A stretch of 64,000 bases of DNA, taken from contig CAVYGB010000010.1 of NCBI GenBank assembly GCA_963767925.1, positions 1,632,001-1,696,000 of the forward strand, written 5' to 3'. Below are positions 39,324 to 48,763 of this stretch, piece after piece (positions within the stretch are counted from its first letter, which is position 1; every line of letters starts with the position of its first letter). The stretch is from an uncultured delta proteobacterium. GTDB lineage: Bacteria > Myxococcota_A > Polyangia > Fen-1088. The position numbers and the translations under genes are program-made. A model generated the notes under the pieces. That model was not told the origin of the DNA, searched no databases, and saw only the letters and a list, made by a program, of their open reading frames with translations.

Positions 39324-41942
39324 ATGCCGGAAGATCAGCTCGGGGGAGTCGTCGAGGTGCCCGACCAGGGCGGCCTGGGCACGCGCCTGTCGCAATATTG
39401 CGTGGGCCGAATCCTGGCCAGCGAGCTCGGCTTCGCCCTCCGCTCCGCCGAGGTCCCGGGTTTTCCTCAGGCCGGGGCCCTGAGCGCCGCCGCCCCCACC
39501 CCCGACGACGACGAGGAGGCCGGCGAGACCACCGATCACGGTGAGGGCGACGGCGAAGATGAAGACGCGGGCGCCCGCGACGACGACGACGCGGGCACCG
39601 TCACCCTGACCGGCCACCGCCTCGACCTGCCGGCCCTGCGCTCGGATCCCGGCGCGCAGCGCCTCGTCGTGCGCGGGCTGTTCTGCCGCTACGACATCTA
39701 CCGCCCCCACAAGCAGGCCATCCGGACCAACTGGCTCGCCGGCCCCTCCCTCGAGCGGGCGGGCCCCGAGGATCTGACCATCCACGTGCGGGCGGGGAAC
39801 ATCTGGCAGAGCAGCGCCCGGGGGCCGGTGCGGCCCGACCACCCCGCCCTGCCCTTCTCGTTTTACGCCGACATCGTCCGCTCCCGGGAGTGGCGCAAGA
39901 TCCGGGTGGTCAGCGAGGACCCGGCCGACCCGATGGTGAAGAAGCTCGTCAGCTCCTTCGCCGCCGAGGTGCGATTGGGGACGCCGCTCGAGGACTTTCG
40001 CACCCTGCAGGCCAGCGCCAACCTGGTGCTGTCGGTCAGCACCTTCGCCTGGTGGGCCGGCTGGCTGTCGCGGGCCGAGCGCATCTATTTTCCGGTGGCG
40101 GGGCTGTTCGACCGGGAGCGGTCCGAGGGCCGCCCGGCCCCCTGGCAACACGATCTGTGGGTCGACGACGAGCCCCGCTACCAGGCGGTGGTGCCGGCCG
40201 GGCTGATCGCCGACTGGCAAGGCACGGAGGCCGACCGCCACCGCCTGCTCAACGCCGAGCCCACGGGCCCGGGGGCGCCGCCCCGCCCGCAGCCCGCCCC
40301 CGCCGCCCGGTCGGGCCCGCCCGCCGACCAGCGCGGCACCCTGGCGATGATCGAGGGCTTCTGGAAGCCGAAGGACAACCAGGCCCACGGCACCTACCAG
40401 GCCGCCTACCTGACCTGCCAGGCCCTGGCCGAGCAGGACCGCTACACGGCGCTGCACCTGTACCGCGACGGCCAGCGGCGCCCGACCGTGGCCAGCGACC
40501 TGGTGCTGCCCGACACGCCCCCCACAACCGTGTTCGACAAGCTGCTGCTGCACGGGACCCGCGAGCGCTACGCCGCCATCCACGTGGCCAACGGCGAGCA
40601 GATCCTCAGCGCGCCCCACCTGCTGCGCCCCCGCAACGACTGGGCCCCGGTGATCTGCAGCGTGGGGACTACCCACGCCACCGGACAGTGGTCCAACCTG
40701 CTGCTGTCGATCGCCAGCGGAGCGGTGCGCCCCAGCGACGGCTTCATCTTCAAGTCGCGGGCGGCGGAGGCGATCTTCCGCCGCACCTTCGAGGCCTGGT
40801 CGGACCGCTTCGGCTTCCCCGGGCCCCTGCTGGGCGAGACGACCGTGATTCCCAACGGCGTCGACGTCGAGGCCAACCAGCGCTCGGCCCCCCTGCGCGA
40901 GGAGACCCGACGCCGGCTGCGGATCGGAGAGCGCGACCTGGTGTTCCTCACCTTCTCCCGCCTCAGCCCGGGGACCAAGGGGGATCTCCAGGCCCTGGTC
41001 GTGCGCTGGAAGGAGGTGACCGAGCGCCTGCCGCAGGCCCTGCTGCTGCTCTCGGGCGCGGTTGTCGAGCGCTCGTTCGTGGCCGACCTGCGCCTGCTGG
41101 CCCGGGCGGCGGGGGTGGGGGACCGGGTCATCGTGCTCGACAACCCCTTCGAGGTGGCGGCCAACGCCCGCACCCGGCTCATGTCGGCGGCCGACGTGTT
41201 CGTCCACCTCAGCACCGGCGTCGAGGAGGCCTCGCCCCTGGTGGTGCCGGAGGCGATGGCCCACGGCCTGCCGATCATCGCCACCGCCTGGGCGGGGGTG
41301 CCCGAGGTGGTCAGCGCGGGCGAGAGCGGCTTTCTCCTCGAGACCCGCCAGGCGCCGGTGGCCCCCTACATCGCCGCGACGATGTTCGGCCACAGCGACC
41401 GCACCCACCTGCTCTACGCGAGCAAGGTGGTGACCACCGACTGGGCGGCCTTCGTGGGCGCCGCCCAGGCCCTGGGCTACGAGGAGCGCCGGCGCCGGAT
41501 GGGCCAGGCCGCCCGCCGCCGGGCCGAGGCTCACGCCGCCCCCCGCATCGCCCGCCGCTACGTCGAGTTCTTCGACAGCACGGCCCGGGCGGCCGAACGC
41601 GCCTGGACCGGGCCGGCGGCGACCCGGCCCATCGTGGACCTCGACGGCATCATCGCCGCCCAGGCCTCGCGCCCCCTGGCCCTCGAGGACAAGGTGCGCC
41701 TCGGCGACGCCACCCGGGCCCGCCTGCTGGCCCTCGGCCTGCACCCCGAGCCCGCCGCCCGCCTGGAGCAGGTGGTGGCCGCCTTCCAGGGGCGCGAGCA
41801 CCTCACCGTCGCCGAGCTGGCCGGGGTGGCCGCCCGCCCCGGCGGAGGCCCCCCCGCCGACGGCACCGGCCAGGACGACCTGGCCGCCACCTCGCGTTTC
41901 CTCGTACGCCTGCTCAACTTCGGCGTCGTCGAGCTGGCCTGA
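39324..41942 (+). CDS. Glycosyltransferase fusion: GT11-like N-terminal and GT4-like C-terminal domains
   Basis: GGLGTRLSQY, IHVRAGN and STFAWWAGWL; then VIPNGVD, ADVFVHLS and EASPLVVPEAMAHGLP. Confidence 0.78.
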   Translation: MPEDQLGGVVEVPDQGGLGTRLSQYCVGRILASELGFALRSAEVPGFPQAGALSAAAPTPDDDEEAGETTDHGEGDGEDEDAGARDDDDAGTVTLTGHRLDLPALRSDPGAQRLVVRGLFCRYDIYRPHKQAIRTNWLAGPSLERAGPEDLTIHVRAGNIWQSSARGPVRPDHPALPFSFYADIVRSREWRKIRVVSEDPADPMVKKLVSSFAAEVRLGTPLEDFRTLQASANLVLSVSTFAWWAGWLSRAERIYFPVAGLFDRERSEGRPAPWQHDLWVDDEPRYQAVVPAGLIADWQGTEADRHRLLNAEPTGPGAPPRPQPAPAARSGPPADQRGTLAMIEGFWKPKDNQAHGTYQAAYLTCQALAEQDRYTALHLYRDGQRRPTVASDLVLPDTPPTTVFDKLLLHGTRERYAAIHVANGEQILSAPHLLRPRNDWAPVICSVGTTHATGQWSNLLLSIASGAVRPSDGFIFKSRAAEAIFRRTFEAWSDRFGFPGPLLGETTVIPNGVDVEANQRSAPLREETRRRLRIGERDLVFLTFSRLSPGTKGDLQALVVRWKEVTERLPQALLLLSGAVVERSFVADLRLLARAAGVGDRVIVLDNPFEVAANARTRLMSAADVFVHLSTGVEEASPLVVPEAMAHGLPIIATAWAGVPEVVSAGESGFLLETRQAPVAPYIAATMFGHSDRTHLLYASKVVTTDWAAFVGAAQALGYEERRRRMGQAARRRAEAHAAPRIARRYVEFFDSTARAAERAWTGPAATRPIVDLDGIIAAQASRPLALEDKVRLGDATRARLLALGLHPEPAARLEQVVAAFQGREHLTVAELAGVAARPGGGPPADGTGQDDLAATSRFLVRLLNFGVVELA

Positions 41943-41982
41943 GCCGGGTCGAGCCCGGCGGCGGGGCGTCTTATACTGGGGC

Positions 41983-43065
41983 GTGCCCCTTTCGGTCGCC
42001 GAGAACGTGCCCCTGGCGCCGCTCACAACCCTGGAGCTCGGCGGCCCGGCCCGCTTCTTCGTGGAGGCGGCCAGCGAGGAGGCGGCGCTCGAGGCCCTCG
42101 ACTTCGGGGCGCGCCGGAGCGTGCCGGTCTTCCTGCTGGGCGGCGGCTCGAACCTTGTGGTGTCCGACGCCGGTTTTCCCGGCCTGGTGATCCGCCTGAC
42201 CGCGCGCGGCCTGACCTTCCGGCCCGCGGGGGACGAGGTCCTGGTCGAGGCGGCGGCGGGCGAGCCCTGGGACGAGGTGGTGGCGCAGGCGGTGGCGCGC
42301 GGGCTGGCCGGGCTGGAGTGCCTCTCGGGCATCCCGGGCAGCGCGGGGGCCACCCCGATCCAGAACGTGGGCGCCTACGGCCAGGAGGTCGCCGACACCG
42401 TGCGGGCGGTGCGGGCCATCGATCGGAGCAGCGGGGCGCTGGTGGATCTGCCGCCCGCCGCCTGCGCCTTCGCCTACCGGGACAGCGCCTTCAAGCGCGC
42501 GCCCCAGCGCCACGCCGTCGTGGGCGTGACCTTCGCTCTGCGCCCGGGCGGTCCCCCCGGCGTCCGCTACGCCGAGCTGGCCCGGGCCCTGCCCGCCGGG
42601 CCCGACCTGGCCCTCGTGCGCGCGACCGTGCTGCGCCTGCGGCGGGGCAAGTCGATGGTGATCGACCCGGCCGACCCCAACCGGCGCAGCGTGGGATCGT
42701 TCTTCACCAACCCGATCGTCCCCTCGGCGACCGCCGACCAGGTGGCCCGGCGCGCGGTCGGCGACGGGCTGATCGCGTCACCCGAGCAGATGCCGCGCTT
42801 CCCGGCCGGGTCCGGGCAGGTCAAGCTCGCCGCCGCCTGGCTGATCGAGCGGGCCGGCTTCGTGAAAGGTCTGTCACGCGGACCGGTCGGCCAGTCGAGC
42901 GCCCACGCCCTGGCCCTGGTCCACCACGGCGGCGGCCGCACCGCCGACCTGCTGGCGCTGGCCCGGGAGATCCGGGCCGGGGTGCAGGCGCGCTTCGGCC
43001 TGGTGCTGGTGCCCGAGCCCGTCGTGCTGGGGGCGCACCCGGACGATCCCCTGGCCGCGGCATGA
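41983..43065 (+). CDS. murB: UDP-N-acetylenolpyruvoylglucosamine reductase
   Basis: LGGGSNL, GIPGSAGATPIQNVGAYG, YRDSAFK and GSFFTNP. Confidence 0.95.
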   Translation: MPLSVAENVPLAPLTTLELGGPARFFVEAASEEAALEALDFGARRSVPVFLLGGGSNLVVSDAGFPGLVIRLTARGLTFRPAGDEVLVEAAAGEPWDEVVAQAVARGLAGLECLSGIPGSAGATPIQNVGAYGQEVADTVRAVRAIDRSSGALVDLPPAACAFAYRDSAFKRAPQRHAVVGVTFALRPGGPPGVRYAELARALPAGPDLALVRATVLRLRRGKSMVIDPADPNRRSVGSFFTNPIVPSATADQVARRAVGDGLIASPEQMPRFPAGSGQVKLAAAWLIERAGFVKGLSRGPVGQSSAHALALVHHGGGRTADLLALAREIRAGVQARFGLVLVPEPVVLGAHPDDPLAAA

Positions 43066-43271
43066 CCCGTGGGTTGACCGTGGTCTGACCGTGGCCCGAT
43101 CGGGCAAGCGCAGCGCGTCTGTCGCCAGCCGCGGTTTCAGGCCGCCGCCGCGATCCGGATCGGCATGCCGCGCAGGGATGCGCTAGGAAGGGTGTTCCAG
43201 TTTGGTGAAATCAGCCGGCAGGGGCCCCGAACCTGGAGCGCCCTTCGCGTGTCGAAATGAGGAACCCAACC

Positions 43272-45320
43272 ATGCGCCCGAGCTGCAACCGCATCCTGAC
43301 TGCCCTCCTCGTCGTGGCGTCGCTGTCCTGCGGGGCCGAGCCGCCCGGGGCCCCCCCCGGCGAGGCCCCCGTCGTCGAGGGCTCCTGCGAGTTCGCCGAC
43401 CCCGGCGCCGCCCCCGACTTCACCCGCCGCATCGGCTGCCGGGCCGACTTCGATGCCCTGTCGTCGCAGCCGCTCGACGCCAGCATCCCGGGCGCCCGCT
43501 CGGTGAAGTTCCTGGTCGACACCCTCGACGGGGACGCCTTCTATCTCCAGAACAGCAAGAAGTACCAGGTCCACTTCGAGTTCGCGACCGCCCACCTGTC
43601 GGGCAACGGCAAGCCGCTGGTCGGGACCCTCATGAAGTTCAACCAGACCGAATATTACTCGACCACCCGCCGCTTCATCCTGGGCTCGTTGACCCACTAC
43701 GAGGGCCCGAACCTCTGGGCGGTCGAGATCGCGCCTTACGACACCGCCACCCCCGCCATGATCGACAAGGCCTTCCGCAAGGCGGCCGAGGCGACCTACT
43801 TCGGCCAGGCGCTGGTGTTTCACCCCACCTCCTCCGCGGTCGAACGGGTGGCCGGGCAGCTCCCCGCCGGCGTGCGCCTGCGCAGCACCGCGGAGATCTA
43901 CGAGCGGGTCGATTACCAGCCGCTCAACCTGGCCGAGAGCATCGGGCGCCTGCGCTTCGTGCGGTCCGCCGACCTGGCGACCAGCGAATACCTCGGCTTC
44001 CGGGACATCGTCGTTCTCGACCAGGTCCCCAACGATCTCTCGGTCACCCTCGGCATCATCACCGAGCAGTTCCAGACGCCGCTGTCGCACATCAACGTGC
44101 TGTCGCAGACCCGCAAGATCCCCAACATGGCCCTGCGCAACGCCTTCTCCGACGGGCGGCTGCGCGCCCTCGAGGGCAAGTGGGTGCGCTTCGCGGTGGC
44201 GGGCACCAGCTTCACCATCGCCGAGGCCACCCTGGCCGAGGCAGACGCCTGGTGGGAGGAGCACAAGCCCCGCCCGGTCAGCATCGCCCCCATGAACACC
44301 AGCGTGACCGGCCTGCCCGACGTGAAGACCGCCCTCGACCCGGCCCTGCCCCTGCGCGACGCCATCCGCGCCGCGGTCACCTCGCTGGGGGGCAAGGCCA
44401 CCCACTACGCGGCGATGGCCCAGGCCGACCTGGTCCCGATGCCCAGCCCGGCCGGCTTCATCATCCCGGTGGCCTATTACGCCCAGTTCCTGCAGCAGAA
44501 CGGCTTCGACAAGAAGATCGACGCCCTGCTGGCCGACCCGGTCTTCCGCGGCGACCCCAAGATGCGCGACGCCATGCTGGCCAACCTGCGCACCGAGATG
44601 GAGTGGGCCCCGGTCGACCCGGCCTTCCTGGAGATGGTGAACACCAAGCTCCAGAAGGAGTACCCCAGCACGCCGATGCGCTTCCGGTCGAGCTCGACCG
44701 CCGAGGACCTCGAGGGGTTCGCCGGGGCCGGCCTGTACACCTCGAAGACCGGCGACCTCAACGACGGCAAGCGGCTGCCCATCCGGGCCATCAAGAAGGT
44801 CTGGACCAGCGTCTGGTTCTTCCGGGGCTACGAGGAGCGGGACTACCGCAGCGTCGAGCAGCGGGCGGTCGGCATGGCCGTGCTGGTGCACCCGTCTTTC
44901 CCGGCGGAGGAGGCCAGCGGCGTCGCCGTCACCGCCAACCCGTTCGACCCCACCGGCCTGCAGCCGGGGTTCTTCATCAACGTGCAGCCCGGCGACGAGT
45001 CGGTGACCCTGCCCGGCGCCGGGGTGAAGGCGGATCAGTTCATCTACCACTACAAGATCCCCGGCCAGCCGGTGGTCTACCTCGAGCATTCGAGCCTGGT
45101 CCCCGCGGGCAGCACGGTGCTGACCCCGCGCCAGGTGTTCGACCTCGGCACCGCGCTCGACAAGATCCACGAGTTCTTCCGGCCGGCCTACGGCCCCAGC
45201 TCCAGCCGCCCGAGCGCCTGGTACGGCCTCGAGGTCGACTTCAAGTTCGACGGGCCGCCCGGCCAGGAGCCGGCGCTCTACATCAAGCAGGCCCGGCCCC
45301 ACCCCGGCCGCGGCGACTGA
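43272..45320 (+). CDS. Lipoprotein with a His-phosphocarrier-like segment and a PPDK/PEP-synthase-type ATP-grasp domain
   Basis: Lipobox SLSC; TPLSHINV; GGKA, RSSSTAEDLEGFAGAGLYTS, MAVLV and IKQARP. Confidence 0.8.
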   Translation: MRPSCNRILTALLVVASLSCGAEPPGAPPGEAPVVEGSCEFADPGAAPDFTRRIGCRADFDALSSQPLDASIPGARSVKFLVDTLDGDAFYLQNSKKYQVHFEFATAHLSGNGKPLVGTLMKFNQTEYYSTTRRFILGSLTHYEGPNLWAVEIAPYDTATPAMIDKAFRKAAEATYFGQALVFHPTSSAVERVAGQLPAGVRLRSTAEIYERVDYQPLNLAESIGRLRFVRSADLATSEYLGFRDIVVLDQVPNDLSVTLGIITEQFQTPLSHINVLSQTRKIPNMALRNAFSDGRLRALEGKWVRFAVAGTSFTIAEATLAEADAWWEEHKPRPVSIAPMNTSVTGLPDVKTALDPALPLRDAIRAAVTSLGGKATHYAAMAQADLVPMPSPAGFIIPVAYYAQFLQQNGFDKKIDALLADPVFRGDPKMRDAMLANLRTEMEWAPVDPAFLEMVNTKLQKEYPSTPMRFRSSSTAEDLEGFAGAGLYTSKTGDLNDGKRLPIRAIKKVWTSVWFFRGYEERDYRSVEQRAVGMAVLVHPSFPAEEASGVAVTANPFDPTGLQPGFFINVQPGDESVTLPGAGVKADQFIYHYKIPGQPVVYLEHSSLVPAGSTVLTPRQVFDLGTALDKIHEFFRPAYGPSSSRPSAWYGLEVDFKFDGPPGQEPALYIKQARPHPGRGD

Positions 45321-45382
45321 GGCGGCGGGGTCTGGTTTCGTTCCGGTCCGGCTCACGGCGAACACGGAGGTCAGGGAGGCGC

Positions 45383-46489
45383 ATGAAGGTTCGGCACTCG
45401 ACTCGATTCTGGCTGGCGATGCCGCTGGCCCTGCTGGCGGCTGGCGGGCTCGCCGGCTGCGGCTCCTCCAGCCCCCCACCGGCGTCCGGCGGCGGCGGCA
45501 CCGGCGGGAGCGCACCGGCCCCCTCCGGCGGCAGCGGCGGCGGTGGCGGCAGCCCGGGCGGCCCCGACGCGGCGGGGCCCGACGCCCCGACCGCCGCGGG
45601 ACCGCTGACCACCTACCGGACCTGCAAAGACGGCGAGCGGGTGGGCGACTTCGAGCTCGCGCTCAACGACATGTTGCCCGACGTGGCCCCCTTCACCGGC
45701 CTGTCGCCCACCACCGTGTTCGACTGGGTCACGTCGGCCAGCGTCCCCGAGGTGGCGCGGGAGATGGGTGGCTGCCGGATCGTGCGCCCGCCGCGGGCGA
45801 TGCCCCCCTGCAGCCCCGAGTGCCCCCCGGACAAGCGCGTCTGCACGCCCGGCGGCTGCCGGGCCGACCCGATCGGGATCGACGTGGGCAACGTGGCGAT
45901 CGAGGGGCTGAAGGTCGCGGGCACGCTCAGCAAGCGCGACGACTTCGTCTACACCAACCCGAGCTGGCCCCACCCGGCCTTCGACGAGGGGGCCGACCTG
46001 GTGCTGCGGGCCAGCGGCGCCGGCGCCACAGCGCCCTTCACCCTGCGGGGCTGGGGGGTTGGCTCGCTGTCCGCCCCGAAGGACAAGCTGCTGGTCGAGA
46101 ACGGCAAGCCCGTCACCTTGACCTGGACCCCGCCGGCGCGGCCCGGCCCCACCCGGGTGTTGATCAGCTTCTCCATCAACCGCCACGGGTCGGTGGACGC
46201 CTCGCTCGAGTGCGAGGTGCCCGACACCGGCTCGCACACCATCGACGCCGCCACCGTCAGCGAGCTGTTCCGCTTCGACATCTCGGGCTACCCGAGCGTC
46301 GATCTGAAACGGCAGAGCTCGGACACCGCGACCATCGCCGCCGGCTGCGTGGAGTTCAACGTCTCGGCGGCCGTGAACCGGGAGATCACGATCCCCGGGC
46401 TGGTGAGCTGCCCTGGCGATCCCGAGCCCGGCCAGCCCAACCCTTGCCCCCAGGGCCAGAGCTGCGGCGTCGACCTGCGCTGCCAGTGA
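45383..46489 (+). CDS. Hypothetical Cys-containing lipoprotein
   Basis: GGAGG RBS, lipobox LAGC, Gly/Pro linker, beta-rich domain, Cys-rich tail. Confidence 0.75.
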   Translation: MKVRHSTRFWLAMPLALLAAGGLAGCGSSSPPPASGGGGTGGSAPAPSGGSGGGGGSPGGPDAAGPDAPTAAGPLTTYRTCKDGERVGDFELALNDMLPDVAPFTGLSPTTVFDWVTSASVPEVAREMGGCRIVRPPRAMPPCSPECPPDKRVCTPGGCRADPIGIDVGNVAIEGLKVAGTLSKRDDFVYTNPSWPHPAFDEGADLVLRASGAGATAPFTLRGWGVGSLSAPKDKLLVENGKPVTLTWTPPARPGPTRVLISFSINRHGSVDASLECEVPDTGSHTIDAATVSELFRFDISGYPSVDLKRQSSDTATIAAGCVEFNVSAAVNREITIPGLVSCPGDPEPGQPNPCPQGQSCGVDLRCQ

Positions 46490-46495
46490 GCGCGG

Positions 46496-47005
46496 TCAGG
46501 CCTCCTCGGACCGGGGCGTGCCGGCGAGGAGCGCGCACAGGCGATCGATCAGCGGGCGCTGGGCGGGGTTGATCTTGGCCAGGGCGGCGGGCACGTCGAA
46601 GAACTCGGCCCGGTCCACCTCGGGGAAGCGCTGCAGGCGGCCCGAGCGGGGCGGCCACTCGACCCGGAAGGCGTTGCTGGCCAGGACGTAGTCCGGGGGC
46701 AGGTCCCCCTCGAAGGCCCAGGCGTGGACGGTCTTTCCGCTCTTCTGCTTGATCTCGCCGAGCGGCAGCAGCGGACCGCCCACCGGCAGGCCCGTCTCCT
46801 CCTGGAACTCGCGCACCGCCGCGGCCTGCAGCTCCTCGTCGGGCGCGGGCCGTCCCTTGGGGATGGTCCAGGCGCCCTCGTCGCGGCGGCGGAAGAACGG
46901 CCCCCCCGGGTGCGCGAGCAAGATCTGGGGCGCGCCGTCCGGCCCGAGCCGGTACATGAGCAAGCCGGCACTCACGTTGCCCGAGGCACTGAACCGATGC
47001 GCCAT
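46496..47005 (-). CDS. NUDIX family NTP pyrophosphohydrolase
   Basis: SAGLLMYR, HPGGPFF, WTIPKG...AAVREFQEETG and FPEVDRA. Confidence 0.88.
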   Translation of the reverse strand: MAHRFSASGNVSAGLLMYRLGPDGAPQILLAHPGGPFFRRRDEGAWTIPKGRPAPDEELQAAAVREFQEETGLPVGGPLLPLGEIKQKSGKTVHAWAFEGDLPPDYVLASNAFRVEWPPRSGRLQRFPEVDRAEFFDVPAALAKINPAQRPLIDRLCALLAGTPRSEEA

Positions 47006-47283
47006 CCCCCTCGACGTTGACCCGTCCGAGCGATCCAAGCAACCCGCTCGTCACGACGTTACGGGGATCTTACTTATCCGGGGCCCGGTGTCGCCCCTGA
47101 ATCGAGTCGGCGCGATCGTGCGACCTGCACCCACCGGTCGGCTGACCCACCGCCGGTGTGGGTCCCTCTGGATGCGCCCAAACGAATTCGCCGCGAACAA
47201 CGCGGCCCGAACCGGCCATTTTGCCGAGGTTTGCGGACATCGTCACCGTCGCCGGTGATATAGCTGCGGCGGAGTCTCCGTCG

Positions 47284-48219
47284 ATGCAGCACCCGCGCGC
47301 GACCACCCTCGTGACGATCGCCTGGCTGGCCGGTGCTTGCGCCCCCCAGTCGGTGGTGCGCGAGCCGGTCGAGCTGGACGGCGGCGCGGTGGCGCCGGTG
47401 CCGGGGCAGAGGCCGGGAGAGAGAGCAGACGGGCCGCCCGCCCGCCTGGACGCCTGGCCGTCGGATGCGCCGGGCGCGATCCCCCGGGACGCCGCGCTCC
47501 GCCCGCCCGACGCCCCCGCCCCGCCCGACGGCGGCGGCGGCGGCGCCATCGATCCACCGGTGCCACCGGTGCGCACGCCCGACGCCGCGGTGGGGGCGCC
47601 GGCCGGCCCGCTCGCGCTCCTCGTGGTCGGGTCCGTCGATCCGCTTGGCACCGACGATGCCCAGCTCAGGAGCCGGCTCGAGAGCAGCGGCCTGCGGGTG
47701 CGGCTGGCCGCCGACAGCGGCCCGGCCAGCCAGGCCGCGGGGGCCAACCTGGTGGTCATCTCCGGCACCACCCTGGGCGGCAACGTCGCCGGCAAATACA
47801 CCGCCCTGCCCATCCCGCTGGTCTGCCTCGAACCGGCGGTCATGGCGCCGATGCGGCTCACCGGCGCGGACGACAACGGCCAGGGCAACGCCACCGGCAG
47901 CCAGGTCACCATCACGGCCGCGCAGCACCCCCTGGCCGCCGGGCTGAGCGGGACGGTCACGGTGACCGCCACCGCGGTCAACTTCGGCTGGGGCCTGCCC
48001 GCCGAGAGCGCCACCCGCGTCGCCCACCTGGCAGGGATGGCCAACCGCTGGGCCATCTTCAGCTACGAGCGGGGCGCGATGCTGGTCGGCGCGCCGGCCA
48101 CCCCCGCCCCCGCCCGGCGGGTCGGCCTCTTCGTCCACACCATGGTCGCCGACCGCCTCACCCCCGCCGGCTGGGAGCTCTTCGACGCCGCCGTCGCCTG
48201 GGCCCTCGCCGCCCGCTGA
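47284..48219 (+). CDS. Hypothetical lipoprotein
   Basis: LAGAC lipobox, Pro-rich linker, alpha/beta C-terminal domain. Confidence 0.65.
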   Translation: MQHPRATTLVTIAWLAGACAPQSVVREPVELDGGAVAPVPGQRPGERADGPPARLDAWPSDAPGAIPRDAALRPPDAPAPPDGGGGGAIDPPVPPVRTPDAAVGAPAGPLALLVVGSVDPLGTDDAQLRSRLESSGLRVRLAADSGPASQAAGANLVVISGTTLGGNVAGKYTALPIPLVCLEPAVMAPMRLTGADDNGQGNATGSQVTITAAQHPLAAGLSGTVTVTATAVNFGWGLPAESATRVAHLAGMANRWAIFSYERGAMLVGAPATPAPARRVGLFVHTMVADRLTPAGWELFDAAVAWALAAR

Positions 48220-48273
48220 CCGCCCGCCGCCGGAGGCCACGGTTCAGGCAGTCAACCCGCTACTACCTGTTTG

Positions 48274-48403
48274 CCCTCTCCCCGCGGCCGTCTGCGGCCG
48301 TGGGGAGAGGGTGAGGGTGAGGGGCGGTTGCCACGCCGGAGGCCCCTCACCCGGCGCGCAGACGCGCCGACCTCTCCCCACGGCAGACCGCGGGGCGAGG
48401 TGA
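48274..48403. repeat. REP-like doublet of CCCTCTCCC...GGGAGAGGG hairpins
   Basis: CCCTCTCCCCGCGGCCG-TCTG-CGGCCGTGGGGAGAGGG, then GGGTGAGGGG...CCCCTCACCC and a second degenerate hairpin. Confidence 0.7.
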
Positions 48404-48432
48404 TGGGAGGTGATTTCCCGGCGCCCTGTGAA

Positions 48433-48515
48433 GAGGGGATGGAGGGGATGGAGGGATGGAGGGGATGGAGGGGATGGAGGGGATGGAGGGGATGGAGGGG
48501 ATGGAGGGGATGGAG
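48433..48515. repeat. Microsatellite (GAGGGGATG) x 9
   Basis: Read directly; one unit lacks a G. Confidence 0.95.
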
Positions 48516-48763
48516 TGACGTAACTCCCGCGTGGGGCGCGCGACGATGTGCCTTCTCGCGCTGGCTGTGAGGCAACTCGCGCGCGGGGTGTCGGTTCGTC
48601 TCCGGCCGTGCGGGTTGCTGTACGATTCTCCGCCACGCCGAGCCACCTCTGCTACCATGCGCGGCACGTCTACGCGACGTATCTAGACGCCCGCCGCGGT
48701 CCGCTCACGCCCCCCCTGAGAGCCCGCGGCCGAGGCTGTGACACCACGCGATCGGAGGAGGCG

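Noticed and set aside
43202..46489. 1095-aa fusion ORF
   Set aside because: 5' part is an off-frame shadow of the dikinase-like gene; the real gene starts at 45383 with its own RBS and lipobox
48244..48667. ORFs with PSP/HPL/RGW repeats
   Set aside because: Translations of the intergenic microsatellite
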